Assembly (NCBI GenBank): GCA_964518865.1
Contig: CAZFIB010000010.1
Location: 153-64,152, forward strand
Source: an uncultured Thermodesulfobacteriota bacterium
Lineage (GTDB): Bacteria > Desulfobacterota > WTBG01 > CAIYCZ01 > CAIRTM01
Reading direction: 5' to 3'
DNA: 64,000 nt
Part shown: positions 37,201-47,833 of the stretch, piece after piece
How positions within the stretch are numbered: position 1 is the stretch's first letter
How the letters are laid out: the number at the start of each line of letters is the position of its first letter
Translations under genes and position numbers: made by a program
Notes under the pieces: generated by a model
Databases searched by the model: none
What the model saw: only the letters and a program-made list of their open reading frames with translations
Told to the model about the DNA's origin: nothing

Positions 37201-38283
37201 ATGACTGATAAGCCAGCAGCGGCGACAAAAAGAAAAAAAACAAGGAAGATCAATGTCGGGAGTGTTCAGATCGGGGGTGACGCACCGATAAGCGTGCAGT
37301 CGATGACCAGTACCGATACCCGAGACGTTCGTGCGACTCGCGCCCAGATACGCAGGCTTGAGCGTGCAGGCTGCGAAATCGTGCGAGTTGCTGTGCCGGA
37401 CGAATCCGCTTCCGAAGCCCTCAAAAAGATTGCTGCGGCTTCGCGGATACCGGTGATCGCCGATATCCACTTCAACCACCGGCTGGCGCTTGTGAGCATG
37501 GATGCTCCTATACACGGCATACGGATCAACCCGGGCAATATCGGCGGCAGACATCGCCTTGCAGCCGTTATAGCCAAGGCGGCGGACAAGGGTATTTCAG
37601 TAAGAATAGGTGTCAATGCAGGATCGCTTGAAAAGGACCTGCTGAAAAAGTACGGGCATCCTACCCCCGAGGCTCTCGTGGAAAGCGCGCTTCGCAACAT
37701 CGGGCTGGTAGAGGAGATGTCGTTCAGGGAGATAAAGCTTTCAATCAAATCCGCGGATGTTATGACCGCCGTACAGGCCTACCGCCTCGTTGCGAAAAAA
37801 ACGCGATACCCGCTGCATATCGGTATTACAGAAGCGGGAACCGCTTTTTCAGGAACGATCAAGTCGGCGGTGGGACTCGGTGTGCTGCTGGCGGAAGGCA
37901 TCGGGGATACGCTGCGCGTGTCGCTGTCCGCCGACCCGGTCGAGGAGGTGCGGGTCGGTTTTGAAATATTAAAAGCACTCGGCATACGCCGCCGGGGTCC
38001 GGAGCTGATTTCATGCCCTACCTGCGGACGTCGTCAGATCGATGTGGTGCGTATTGCTTCCAGGCTTGAAAAAAAACTGACAGGCATGCGCAAACCCCTC
38101 AAGATTGCCGTAATGGGCTGCGAGGTCAACGGGCCCGGTGAGGCCAGGGAGGCGGATATCGGGCTGGCCGGCAGCAGAACAACCGGCGTTATTTTCAAAA
38201 AGGGTCGCATCATAAAAAAGTGCCCTAAAGAAGCAGTGCTTGATGAGCTGCTGAAAGAAGTAGAGATTCTGGAAAATGAGTGA
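37201..38283 (+). CDS. ispG: 4-hydroxy-3-methylbut-2-enyl diphosphate synthase
   Basis: GGDAPISVQSMT, INPGNIG, CPTCGR and MGCEVNGPGEA motifs. Confidence 0.95.
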   Translation: MTDKPAAATKRKKTRKINVGSVQIGGDAPISVQSMTSTDTRDVRATRAQIRRLERAGCEIVRVAVPDESASEALKKIAAASRIPVIADIHFNHRLALVSMDAPIHGIRINPGNIGGRHRLAAVIAKAADKGISVRIGVNAGSLEKDLLKKYGHPTPEALVESALRNIGLVEEMSFREIKLSIKSADVMTAVQAYRLVAKKTRYPLHIGITEAGTAFSGTIKSAVGLGVLLAEGIGDTLRVSLSADPVEEVRVGFEILKALGIRRRGPELISCPTCGRRQIDVVRIASRLEKKLTGMRKPLKIAVMGCEVNGPGEAREADIGLAGSRTTGVIFKKGRIIKKCPKEAVLDELLKEVEILENE

Positions 38284-38337
38284 GCGGACGCACAGCCGAA
38301 TAAAAACAGAACAGTGATTGTATGGAGGTAGAGACGA

Positions 38338-40041
38338 ATGCGTTTTACCAGATTTTTATTGCCGACCCTGCGCGAAGACCCGGCTGAAGCCGAAGTCATC
38401 AGCCACCGGCTCATGCTGCGGGCCGGCATGATAAGAAAGCTGGCGGCAGGTGTTTACTCAACGCTACCGCTGGGTGAACGTGTTATGCAGAAGACAACCC
38501 GCATCGTGCGGGAGGAGATGAACCGGGCCGGAGCCCTGGAGCTGACCCTGCCGTTTGTGCAGCCGGCGGAAATCTGGCATGAGAGCGGGCGATGGAACGT
38601 ATACGGAAAAGAGCTTTTGCGGCTGAAAGACAGACATGACAGGGAGTTCTGCCTCGGCCCGACCCATGAAGAAGTGATTACCGACCTTGTCAGGGGCGTT
38701 GTGTCGTCGTACCGTCAGCTGCCGATCAATCTGTACCAGATACACATTAAATTCAGGGATGAAATTCGACCCAGGTTCGGCGTGATGCGGGCCAGGGAAT
38801 TTATCATGAAGGATGCCTACAGTTTTGATATCGATGAGGAAGGCGCCGAGAAGAGCTACCGCGCCATGTATGAAACGTATTCGAGAATTTTCGAACGGCT
38901 CTGCCTGAACTTCAGGCCGGTAGAAGCCGACAGCGGACCTATCGGCGGCAGCTTTTCGCATGAATTTATGGTACTGGCCGACACAGGTGAAGATATAATA
39001 GTCACCTGCTCGTCGTGCGACTATGCCGCAAATACCGAAAAAGCGGAAATCAGGCAGCCGGACGGGGGCGGCCGGGCAGGTGAGAATAAAACGATGGAGC
39101 GCGTGCCGACGCCCGGCATGAAAACAATTGAGGAGGTCTCAGGTTTTCTCGGCGTGCAGCCGAGCAAGCTTATCAAGACACTTGTTTTTACTACATCGGA
39201 CAAGCCTGTGGTGGCGCTTGTCAGGGGAGATCATGAAATAAATGAAATCAAACTGAAAAATTATCTAGCCTGCGATTTTCTCGAGCTTGCCGATGAAGCA
39301 TCTATCGAAACGATTACCGGAGCCACCCGCGGGTTTGCCGGACCGGTCGGACTCGAGGGCGTCAGAATTATTGCCGACAACTGGCTGCGGGATCATTCGA
39401 ATATGGTAACCGGGGGTAACGAAGCTGACGTTCATTGTGTCAACGTTAACGAGGGTCGCGACTTCACGGTCCGGGAGTACGCAGACATACGCATCGCCGG
39501 TGAGGGCGATGCATGCCCGAAATGCGGTCGTTCACTGACGACGATGCGCGGTATTGAGGTGGGGCATATTTTCAAGCTCGGCACAAAATACAGCGAGTCC
39601 ATGAACGCCACCTACCTTGATGACGGCGGCAGATCATGTCCCATGATTATGGGCTGCTACGGTATCGGTGTCGGCAGAACCGTCGCAGCCGCGATTGAGC
39701 AGTCACATGATGAGAACGGTATTATATTTCCCAAGCCCATCGCGCCGTTCGATGTGCTGATCGTGCTGGTCAATCCGACCGATACCGCTCAGGCAAACGC
39801 CGCTGAACGGATTTACGGAGCTCTGATCGAACAGGGAGCCGATGTGCTGCTTGACGACAGGGATGAACGTCCCGGCATAAAGTTCAAGGATGCCGATCTT
39901 GTCGGCATACCTTTGCGCATCACCGTCGGCAAGGGAATTTCAAAGGACGGCAGCGTTGATGTTAAATGGCGCGGGACAGGTGAGATGAAGCAGTATGCAG
40001 CAGATTCCGTTTCCGCTGCTGTAGGAAAAATGCTGCGTTGA
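38338..40041 (+). CDS. proS: prolyl-tRNA synthetase (bacterial type with INS editing domain)
   Basis: [35 protein letters not shown]..., class II motifs ([19 protein letters not shown]). Confidence 0.95.
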   Translation: MRFTRFLLPTLREDPAEAEVISHRLMLRAGMIRKLAAGVYSTLPLGERVMQKTTRIVREEMNRAGALELTLPFVQPAEIWHESGRWNVYGKELLRLKDRHDREFCLGPTHEEVITDLVRGVVSSYRQLPINLYQIHIKFRDEIRPRFGVMRAREFIMKDAYSFDIDEEGAEKSYRAMYETYSRIFERLCLNFRPVEADSGPIGGSFSHEFMVLADTGEDIIVTCSSCDYAANTEKAEIRQPDGGGRAGENKTMERVPTPGMKTIEEVSGFLGVQPSKLIKTLVFTTSDKPVVALVRGDHEINEIKLKNYLACDFLELADEASIETITGATRGFAGPVGLEGVRIIADNWLRDHSNMVTGGNEADVHCVNVNEGRDFTVREYADIRIAGEGDACPKCGRSLTTMRGIEVGHIFKLGTKYSESMNATYLDDGGRSCPMIMGCYGIGVGRTVAAAIEQSHDENGIIFPKPIAPFDVLIVLVNPTDTAQANAAERIYGALIEQGADVLLDDRDERPGIKFKDADLVGIPLRITVGKGISKDGSVDVKWRGTGEMKQYAADSVSAAVGKMLR

Positions 40042-40138
40042 TGCCTGTTTGGACGGTTTTGTTAACCGGAGATCGTGCTGCGGCTTTATATGATTTTTCG
40101 GCACGTGCCGGCACAGGCTCATTCCCAAACGCAGGGTC

Positions 40139-40292
40139 GTTTTATTGTCTCACTCGGGAAGGCACGCAGTAGTCGCTTGCGAATCAAAACCCTTGCCTTC
40201 CCCGACATGCGGACGGAATCTTCGACAGGCGAAGACGTCAGTATGCACGATCAGTGCAGTTTAGCGACTATGTAATCCCTCGTGAGAATTTC
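40139..40292 (+). repeat. copy B of the colinear conserved leader element, upstream of rel
   Basis: Blocks are GTTTTATTGTCTCACTCGGGAAG, CAAAACCCTTGCCTT, GGCGAAGACGTCAGTATG and CCCTCGTGAGAATTTC. Two insertions relative to copy A; the first forms an 8-bp hairpin, GGAAGGCA...TGCCTTCC. Confidence 0.55.
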
Positions 40293-40415
40293 AGTGTTGT
40301 TTTGTTTTTCTTCAGCCGACGTGCGGTCGGGGGTGAATCTGTCCCGACGTTTCAGGGCAGTCGTTGAATTCCCTGCCGGCCGTTTATTTCACCCCTGATG
40401 TGTATGTGGTAGAGA

Positions 40416-42572
40416 ATGATGGATACGCGGCGTTTTATCAGAATCAACGATATTATCGATATGATGCTGTCGTATCATCCTGATGCCGATACCGAGTTGG
40501 TAAGAAAAGCGTATGTTTTTTCCGCAAAGGTGCATCACGGTCAGTCGCGCATGTCCGGCGAGCCGTATCTGAACCATCCGCTTTCTGTCGCCTATATTCT
40601 TACGGAAATGAACCTTGACGAATATGCCGTCACAACCGGCCTTCTGCACGATACCGTGGAGGATACCTACACGACGGTCGGTGAAATTGAAAAGCTGTTC
40701 GGGCCGGAGGTTTCTTTTCTTGTGGACGGGGTCACGAAAATCAGCAAGCTTTCCAGCAAGGACCGGCGCGCACAGCAGGCCGAGAATTTCAGAAAAATGA
40801 TGCTGGCGATGTCGAAGGATATCCGCGTCATCCTGGTAAAGCTGGCCGACCGGATTCACAACATGCGGACGCTGGGCAGCATGCCTGCTGACAAGCAGAA
40901 GAGAATCGCCCAGCAGACAATCGACATATATGCGCCGCTTGCCAACAGGCTCGGTCTTTTTCTTTTCAAGCGCGAACTGGAAGACTTGTCATTGAAATAT
41001 ATACACGAAAAAATTCACAAGGAAATTGAGACCAAGCTGGTTGTCACCGCCGAGCAGCGCGAAAAATACGTTCAGGAGGTGATCGGTATCGTCCAGGAGC
41101 AAGTGCAGCAGTTCGGCATTACGGCAAGTATCATGGGCCGACCGAAACATCTATACAGCATTTATAATAAAATGTTGAACCAAAATCTTAACTTCAGTCA
41201 GATTTACGACCTTACGGCCGTACGGGTCATCGTCAAGAGCAGGAAAGAATGTTATGAAGTGCTCGGCATCGTTCACTCTATCTGGAAGCCGATACCGGGG
41301 AGGTTCAAAGATTATATTTCTCTGCCGAAGGCGAACATGTACCAGTCGCTGCATACAACGGTGGTGGGTCCCTACGGTCAGCGCGTGGAGTTTCAGATAC
41401 GGACCGAGGAAATGGATACGGTCGCAAAGCACGGCATTGCCGCCCACTGGAAATACAAGGAAGGCCGTAAAATCGAGCAGAAGCACGATCAGCGGTTTGC
41501 CTGGCTGCAGCAGGTTGTCGAGTCGCATGCCGAGTCGGGCGATTCGCAGGATCTGCTTGAAACCTTCAGGGTCGATGTTTTTCCGGATGAGGTGTATGTG
41601 TTTACTCCGGCCGGGGAGGTTTTCGAGCTGCCGAACGGATCGACACCGGTTGATTTTGCCTACCGGATACACACCGATGTCGGCAACCGCTGTAACGGCG
41701 CCAAGGTGAACGGCATCATTGCGCCGCTGAAGCAGGAACTGCAAAGCGGCGATGTTTGCGAAATCCTGACGCAGCCAGGTGCGAATCCCAGTCGCGACTG
41801 GCTGAAATTCGTCAAAACATCACGCGCTAAAAGCAAAATCCGTCACTGGGTGAAACAGCAGGAGCGGGCGCGCAGTATCTCTCTGGGGCGTGAGATATGC
41901 GAGAAGGAGTTCAGAAAAAACAAGGTCAGCTTTGCGGGCATAGCAAAAGACAGCGAACTGCTCGAGGCGTTTTCGCGGGAGCGCATAAAAGATCATGAAG
42001 ATCTTTTTGCCGCTGTGGGGCAGGGCCGGATTCGTGCCCGCCAGGTAGTCAATGCCTATCTCAAGAAAAACGAGGATGTCGATGAGCAGGAGATCATTAC
42101 AAAAAGGAAAGGTAAAAGGCCTCCTGAGCAGGGGCGCGGAATTCGCATCCAGAATATGGATGACATTATGGTGCGGGTCGGTAAATGCTGCAATCCCATT
42201 CCGGGCGATACGATCAAGGGCTTTATTACACGCGGACGGGGCGTAACGGTACATACGCAGGACTGTCCGTTTATCGATGGTGCTGATCCGGCAAGGATTA
42301 TAGAGGCTCAGTGGGATATCAATACGAGCTATCGTGCCACGGTACCGATTGAGGTCATCAGTGAGGACCGGCAGGGTGTGCTTGCCGATATTACATCGGC
42401 CATATCAGCGAACGGAACGAATATTATCAATGCCAAGATCAGGACCACACCTGAAAAAAAAGCCACCTGCATTTTTGACATCGAGATCGGCAGCCTGGAA
42501 AAACTCGAAGAAGTAGTGCAGGCGGTCAGAAAAGTCAGGTATGTACTGAAAGTCGAGCGTCTCAGGCATTAG
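40416..42572 (+). CDS. rel: bifunctional (p)ppGpp synthetase/hydrolase (RSH: HD, synthetase, TGS, ACT)
   Basis: HD motif LLHDTVEDT, synthetase region (DLTAVRVIV...YISLPKANMYQSLHTTV), TGS (VYVFTPAGEVFELPNGSTPVDFAY), C-terminal ACT. Confidence 0.95.
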   Translation: MMDTRRFIRINDIIDMMLSYHPDADTELVRKAYVFSAKVHHGQSRMSGEPYLNHPLSVAYILTEMNLDEYAVTTGLLHDTVEDTYTTVGEIEKLFGPEVSFLVDGVTKISKLSSKDRRAQQAENFRKMMLAMSKDIRVILVKLADRIHNMRTLGSMPADKQKRIAQQTIDIYAPLANRLGLFLFKRELEDLSLKYIHEKIHKEIETKLVVTAEQREKYVQEVIGIVQEQVQQFGITASIMGRPKHLYSIYNKMLNQNLNFSQIYDLTAVRVIVKSRKECYEVLGIVHSIWKPIPGRFKDYISLPKANMYQSLHTTVVGPYGQRVEFQIRTEEMDTVAKHGIAAHWKYKEGRKIEQKHDQRFAWLQQVVESHAESGDSQDLLETFRVDVFPDEVYVFTPAGEVFELPNGSTPVDFAYRIHTDVGNRCNGAKVNGIIAPLKQELQSGDVCEILTQPGANPSRDWLKFVKTSRAKSKIRHWVKQQERARSISLGREICEKEFRKNKVSFAGIAKDSELLEAFSRERIKDHEDLFAAVGQGRIRARQVVNAYLKKNEDVDEQEIITKRKGKRPPEQGRGIRIQNMDDIMVRVGKCCNPIPGDTIKGFITRGRGVTVHTQDCPFIDGADPARIIEAQWDINTSYRATVPIEVISEDRQGVLADITSAISANGTNIINAKIRTTPEKKATCIFDIEIGSLEKLEEVVQAVRKVRYVLKVERLRH

Positions 42573-42781
42573 CTAAGGCATGTATCAAAATAGTGCAGCC
42601 GGGAAGGATCAGCCTCCGGCTGCGAAAAAATCGCGGCTGAAGAAGCTCCTGCATTTTCGCACAATCAGGGCGGGCACCGGAAAAAGGCAATAGAATAGAG
42701 TGAAGTGCTCTAGCCGGCTGCCGGAAATTCCATGAACAGCTTGCCGAAACGGCTTTTTACCGGCCGGAGAAGGATACAACA

Positions 42782-42997
42782 TTACTGTTGCGGGCCCGTT
42801 ACCCTTTTGTCGGGTTTGCTGATATACCCGGAGCGAATGCATCTGGTGCAGGCATATATTTTTTTGGTTGTTCCGTTCTTGAACGATTTGACCTTCTGAA
42901 TATTCGGCTTCCAGGTCTTTTTCGTCTTATTGTGGGCATGGCTGATTTTATAGCCGACCTGACGCCCCTTGCCGCAAATACTGCATACCTTTCCCAT
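42782..42997 (-). CDS. rpmB: 50S ribosomal protein L28
   Basis: MGKVCSICGKGRQVGYKISHAHNKTKKTWKPNIQK. Start re-picked to the internal ATG 42997 behind GGAGGA. Confidence 0.92.
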   Translation of the reverse strand: MGKVCSICGKGRQVGYKISHAHNKTKKTWKPNIQKVKSFKNGTTKKIYACTRCIRSGYISKPDKRVTGPQQ

Positions 42998-43048
42998 TAA
43001 TTTATTCCTCCATGGAGTAACGATTATGGTATAATGCAAAATCTGTTA

Positions 43049-43076
43049 ATTATAGCAATAAAATAAAATATTTCAA
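43049..43076 (-). promoter_or_regulatory. candidate sigma70-type promoter for rpmB
   Basis: On the minus strand, TTGAAA (43076-43071), 16-nt spacer, TATAAT (43054-43049). Confidence 0.4.
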
Positions 43077-43251
43077 TCATAAAAAATGCAAGCTACAAAA
43101 CCGGTCCTGTCTTGAGGGTATGCGCAGCGACTGGTATGATAAAAGAAAAATACCCTGTTGCATTAAAAAAATTTGTGCTACTTTGAAGAAACTTTTTTCC
43201 AAGGGCTGTTTTTACTATATTATCGACTCCCAGAAAGGAATGATTAGTCAG

Positions 43252-43764
43252 ATGCGATCGTTTACGATACTTCATAATGCCGGGCTGCGGTTTTTGATGT
43301 GTTGTGCATGTATGCTGTGTCCGATCTGCACGGATGCACAAGCACAGATTGACGGATCCACAATGCTTACCAGCGTCGTTCTCATACCGGGTGACTCGCG
43401 ATCGTTTGATTTCGAGTTTGACGGCACGCTGGGCAAACCCCAGAGCACCCATATCACCGCTGTGGCAGCCATCGCTCCGGATATGGAAATACACCAGCTG
43501 ACGGTTTCGATTGCGCCGGTCGGTTCCGCCGGGTCTGAAATATTCTATGTTACCGGCGGCATCTTTTTGACACTGACGGGAGGAGCCTTCGATTTTGTTG
43601 AAATCGTTGAACCGAAATACACATCGGCCCTTGACAGCGTTGCATATCTTATCGATGTCAACCCGTATATGTCGACCGGGATTATTGTTGTATCAGCTGT
43701 TGCGCAGTTTGATGATTTCGAATTTCCGCTTGAAATGTCCATGACGCTAACCCTTTCGAATTGA
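43252..43764 (+). CDS. small secreted beta-rich protein, function unknown
   Basis: Signal-like N-terminus ending TDAQAQ. Its stop lies 10 nt before the next large secreted gene. Start re-picked to ATG 43252 after AAAGGAA. Confidence 0.55.
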   Translation: MRSFTILHNAGLRFLMCCACMLCPICTDAQAQIDGSTMLTSVVLIPGDSRSFDFEFDGTLGKPQSTHITAVAAIAPDMEIHQLTVSIAPVGSAGSEIFYVTGGIFLTLTGGAFDFVEIVEPKYTSALDSVAYLIDVNPYMSTGIIVVSAVAQFDDFEFPLEMSMTLTLSN

Positions 43765-43774
43765 CGCTGCCGGC

Positions 43775-46700
43775 ATGAAACAGGAAACAACAAATAAAAC
43801 AGTGCGCCGGTTTGTCATACTCATTATTGCATTTGCCGTATGCCTTGTGACAGGCGGCATAAGTCCGGCTCAGGATGACGGGTCAACTGAGACCGACGGC
43901 GAATGGCTGACTTTCGGCGGCAATGCAGCACGTACCGGTAAAAGCAGTCTTGTCGGTCCCCCTGAGGAAATCGAGCTGAAATGGCGATGGCGGGTCAGCT
44001 ACGACAACAGCCCCGTGAGCTCTTCACCTGCCGTGGACGGCAGTGTTGTGTATGCGGCAACCGAAGGCGGGTATGCTGCTGCAATCGATCCGGACGGTGG
44101 GGACGGATGGGTCTATAACGTTGATGCACCTGTTGCAGCATCGCCTGCTGTTGCAGCCGACGGATCGGTGATGGTGATAACGACGGACGGGTATGTATAT
44201 TACTTTGATGCAGGCGGGGAACTGCAATGGAAGAGTGAAATGATGCAGGATATCGCCGCATCACCGGTCATATCCGGCAGCACCGCGTATGTCGGAACCG
44301 ATGATGCGACGATGCTTGCCCTGACGCTCAATCCCGACATGTCGGGCTATGAGCATGAGAGCAAGAAAATACTCAGAAACGAGGTCATCAGCTGGAGCTA
44401 TTTTGCAAACGGATCAATCAAGACCGCACCGGCCTTTTCCGGGAACACGGTTTTTTTCTGCGGCGGAGACTATCTGTTTGCACTTAATCCGAATGCCGCC
44501 GGTTCCGACAATTCGTCCTCGCTGGTAAAGTGGCGGTTCGATGTCAACGCCGATGCGTACGGCGCTCCGGCAGTATACGGCGGCAGAGTATATATAGGCG
44601 ACAGCAGCGGGTACCTGTATGCACTTAATGAAAACATTTCTTCGGGTGAAGAGGCGGAGTATATCTGGAAGCGCAGGCTTGGGGGCCCCATATTCACGTC
44701 GCCGGCGATCGACGAGCGCGATGACGGTGAAATAATGGTGTATGTCGGCTGCGATGACGGCCGGCTCTATGCCGTCAGCGGTGACGGAGAATTAGAGTGG
44801 ACCTATGCAACGCTCGGCTCCGTCAGGTCGTCACCGGCAGTCGACGGCAACGGAGATATTTATTTCGGCTCAGACGACGGAGCCGTGTATGCGCTGTTTC
44901 CGGACGGATCGCTGAAGTGGCGCTACGGAACACTCGGTGCAGTCAGGTCATCGCCTGCAATCGGGTCCGGGAGCCGGCTGTATGTAGGATCCGATGACGG
45001 GTACCTGTACTGCATCGGCGAAGATACGCGTGAGACACGGGAGCCTGACCTGGACATCGATGTATCGCTCAGCCTGTCGGCTATCGAAAACAACGGCAAT
45101 CCGACAGAGATTTCAGCTGCGATTACATCGGAATCCGAGGGAACAAATGTTTTAAGCCGTATCGCCTCGGTTGAAATCGATCTCAGCCGGCTCGGCCTTA
45201 CGGGCGTCACCTCGCAGGATGCCCTTGACGGTGACAATGCAACTGCTGCAGCTGCAATATCGCGTGAGCAGATGCTCGACGACGGACTTTTTGAAGACGA
45301 TGTCGCTGGCGACGGCGTGTTTACCTATGTTTTCGGTATTTCAAATATTGAAGATCTCATAAGCTATCAGGACGGTATCTACACGCATTATTCCGAGCAG
45401 GGATCCCTCGGCGTGGGACCCGTGCCCCTGATGGTGACGGTAACCGATTTGTACGGAAACAGAATAAGCAAGCCTTTTGCGCTGAATATCGTCCAGGAGA
45501 TCGTGGGAACTCCTGCTGCAGGCGATACGGCCCAGGAGCCGGTAGCCGTCACGAACAGTCTCAGCAGGCAGACGCTCAACATCACGTTCACCTCGGGAAC
45601 CCCGAGCATCCTCAGCGTCATACCCGGCAGCGGTTCGCCCGGTGAGCGTGTTTCGATCAGTGTCATCGGTACAAACACGAATTTTACCAAAAACAGAACC
45701 CGTATAGAAATTTTCAACAACGAGAATTTTTTGATAGCAAGCGCTTACCCGGAAAACGACGATGTCGAGGTGCAGAGCGATACGGCACTCAATGCCGTGC
45801 TGAACATAGTCAGCACCGATGGGGTAACCTCCGGAAATCTGATCGGACGCTGGGACGTTGTGGTTACGACCGACTTTCCTTCCGGAGGATTTGAGGAAGT
45901 CGTCGGCGAGGATTTGTTCGAGATCTCGGGAAGCTCGTCCAGGACAGCCGGGGAATTCCGATTATTCGATGCCGCTGTTTCTGCCTATCAGGATGAGTGC
46001 GCATTTGAGCTTGATATTACAAACGCCTCAGGGGCGCGCCCGGACGGAGCCCCGTTTGAAATAAATGTCGGCTACAGCCGATCGATTGCAATCGATGACG
46101 CCCGCGGCGGTGAGTGGCTGTATCGTGTCAACGTGACCGGTGCGTGCGAACCCGTGCCGACCTATAAAATCGTAACAGTCGGCAGTGATTTCGGGTATTT
46201 GTCGGGCGAGGTGAAAAACGGTTTTACCGGCGAGGGGATCGACAACGCTACCGTCTCGGCGGTTATCGGCGATCTTTCAGGTACGACGGCGAACACGACG
46301 ACTACCTCCGGAGGGGGATACTATCTGCTGCCGCTTTCATCCGCCTATGATGATTATACGATCATCGCCCGTAAAGGGGTGCTGATGGACATCGAGCGTC
46401 AGGTGGATATCGAAAACAACGAAGAAACACCTTTGAACTTTTCTCTGAAAACAGATATCACCTGTCCGGTGTCGAGCTTTGCGGACGGGCTTCCGCTGAG
46501 ACTTTTTTACAGATTTCGCGATGCTGTCCTTGAGAACAGCACTAACGGCAGACGGTGGATCGGCCTGTATTACCGGCATGCACCGGAAGTGCATGTCCTG
46601 CTGCAGGACAGTATTGAGCTCAGGCGGCAGTGCCGCGGTTTCCTGCGGTCTGTCGCAGCCTGCCTGCCGGAGCTTCTGAAGTGCGGCACAACCTCACGTG

Positions 46701-46828
46701 ATATCTCTCATGACGCGGAACTCATGCTTGACCTGCTTCTACAGCGGGCTGACGGCGCACTGCAGCGCGACCTCCTGAACGAGCGAGACAGAATCCTGCA
46801 GTTTATTCAAAAAACAACGAAAAAATAA
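43775..46828 (+). CDS. 1017-aa secreted protein: PQQ-like/BamB-type beta-propeller repeats, Ig-like/IPT regions, carboxypeptidase-regulatory-like domain, conserved-looking C-terminal module
   Basis: Signal peptide. Repeated SSPA(V/I)..DG.(V/I)Y(V/F)G(S/T)DDG.(L/V)YA motif at least 6 times. GYYLLP-type pattern. C-terminal LRLFYRFRDAVLENSTNGRRWIGLYYRHAPEV. Confidence 0.85.
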   Translation: MKQETTNKTVRRFVILIIAFAVCLVTGGISPAQDDGSTETDGEWLTFGGNAARTGKSSLVGPPEEIELKWRWRVSYDNSPVSSSPAVDGSVVYAATEGGYAAAIDPDGGDGWVYNVDAPVAASPAVAADGSVMVITTDGYVYYFDAGGELQWKSEMMQDIAASPVISGSTAYVGTDDATMLALTLNPDMSGYEHESKKILRNEVISWSYFANGSIKTAPAFSGNTVFFCGGDYLFALNPNAAGSDNSSSLVKWRFDVNADAYGAPAVYGGRVYIGDSSGYLYALNENISSGEEAEYIWKRRLGGPIFTSPAIDERDDGEIMVYVGCDDGRLYAVSGDGELEWTYATLGSVRSSPAVDGNGDIYFGSDDGAVYALFPDGSLKWRYGTLGAVRSSPAIGSGSRLYVGSDDGYLYCIGEDTRETREPDLDIDVSLSLSAIENNGNPTEISAAITSESEGTNVLSRIASVEIDLSRLGLTGVTSQDALDGDNATAAAAISREQMLDDGLFEDDVAGDGVFTYVFGISNIEDLISYQDGIYTHYSEQGSLGVGPVPLMVTVTDLYGNRISKPFALNIVQEIVGTPAAGDTAQEPVAVTNSLSRQTLNITFTSGTPSILSVIPGSGSPGERVSISVIGTNTNFTKNRTRIEIFNNENFLIASAYPENDDVEVQSDTALNAVLNIVSTDGVTSGNLIGRWDVVVTTDFPSGGFEEVVGEDLFEISGSSSRTAGEFRLFDAAVSAYQDECAFELDITNASGARPDGAPFEINVGYSRSIAIDDARGGEWLYRVNVTGACEPVPTYKIVTVGSDFGYLSGEVKNGFTGEGIDNATVSAVIGDLSGTTANTTTTSGGGYYLLPLSSAYDDYTIIARKGVLMDIERQVDIENNEETPLNFSLKTDITCPVSSFADGLPLRLFYRFRDAVLENSTNGRRWIGLYYRHAPEVHVLLQDSIELRRQCRGFLRSVAACLPELLKCGTTSRDISHDAELMLDLLLQRADGALQRDLLNERDRILQFIQKTTKK

Positions 46829-46910
46829 TGTTTTTGTTAAAGTTGTTGTAAATTGTCCCGATATATCACTTGGACGATCTAACAGCACTGCAGAGGTATG
46901 GTGCATACAA

Positions 46911-47807
46911 ATGGCCGAACGTGCGAACGACAGGGAAATCCAGACAATTATCGAAGAGGCCGCTGCAACAGCCGACAAGCTTAAAATAAAAAAAATAATT
47001 GTCGTCTGCGAAAGCCTGACACTCTGGAAGGCGATACAGACGGTATATGCACAAAATCAGTTTGTAATCGCCGTTCCCAGTAAGCGCCTGAGCGAATCCA
47101 TTAACGTTGAGACGTTTCTGTGTGATTTTACCGGTGTCGCACGCAGCGATAGACTGGATTATATACTCCGGTCCGCCATGGAAGCGGGAAAGGTAAAGAA
47201 GGGCGAGCGTGTCGTGTGCCTGTACAGCCTGGGCGGCAGGAAGCTGATCGACACGATTCGCATTGTCAGGATCGAGGAGAATTACGGTCCGATATCACCG
47301 CATGATTTAAAACGTATCGGAAAAAATATTCCCGTTGATCTGCTTTTTATGGTCATAAACCTGGCGATGGAAATCGGCCAGGAGGGCCGTGAAGGTGCGC
47401 CGGTCGGCACAATATTCGTCGTCGGTGATACGGATAAAGTGTTAGAGCTGTCAAAACCGATGATTTTCAATCCGTTTCGGGGCTACGCCGAGGATGAGCG
47501 CAATATTTTCGATGAGAAGGTACAGGAAAGCATAAAGGAGCTTACGCTGATAGACGGCGCGTTTGTCATACGCGAGGACGGCGTTGTTATGTCGGCCGGC
47601 AGGTTTCTGCATGCCGGTGCAGGTAAAACCTCGCTTGTGAAGGGACTCGGTGCGCGGCATGCTGCCGCCGCAGCCATTTCATCGCACACCGGGGCGGTCG
47701 CGGTAACGGTGTCGGAATCAACGGGAACGGTCAGAGTATTCAGCGGCGGCAAATCGGTCCGCAGCATTCGGTCCTTCAGACCTCAAATCCGCATCCTTAA
47801 GCGGTAG
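46911..47807 (+). CDS. diadenylate cyclase (DAC/DisA_N domain) with an N-terminal alpha/beta domain (CdaZ/DacZ-like architecture)
   Basis: C-terminal half has GAPVGTIFVVGD, IDGAFVIREDG (DGA motif) and GARHAAAAAISSHTGAVAVTVSESTGTVRVF (RHR-type motif, here RHA). There is no TM segment. Confidence 0.85.
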   Translation: MAERANDREIQTIIEEAAATADKLKIKKIIVVCESLTLWKAIQTVYAQNQFVIAVPSKRLSESINVETFLCDFTGVARSDRLDYILRSAMEAGKVKKGERVVCLYSLGGRKLIDTIRIVRIEENYGPISPHDLKRIGKNIPVDLLFMVINLAMEIGQEGREGAPVGTIFVVGDTDKVLELSKPMIFNPFRGYAEDERNIFDEKVQESIKELTLIDGAFVIREDGVVMSAGRFLHAGAGKTSLVKGLGARHAAAAAISSHTGAVAVTVSESTGTVRVFSGGKSVRSIRSFRPQIRILKR

Positions 47808-47833
47808 CGCAGCATTTATCCCCAGCTTCCACC

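Noticed and set aside
40139-40175. GTTTTATTGTCTCAC... superficially resembles a CRISPR repeat start
   Set aside because: Only two diverged copies exist, about 6 kb apart. They are not in tandem with spacers of regular length, and no cas genes are present in the window.
42595-42640. Hairpin GCAGCCGG...CCGGCTGC downstream of rel, considered as a terminator
   Set aside because: On the plus strand it is followed by GAAAAAA rather than a U-tract. On the minus strand only a weak ACTATTTTG follows, and it lies about 160 nt past rpmB. Too weak to call.
42573-42781. I looked for rpmG (L33) downstream of rpmB, and for tRNA or rRNA genes throughout the window
   Set aside because: No ORF has an L33-like sequence. 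I could not find any T-arm (GGTTCGAATCC-like) cloverleaf candidate or any rRNA-like stretch.
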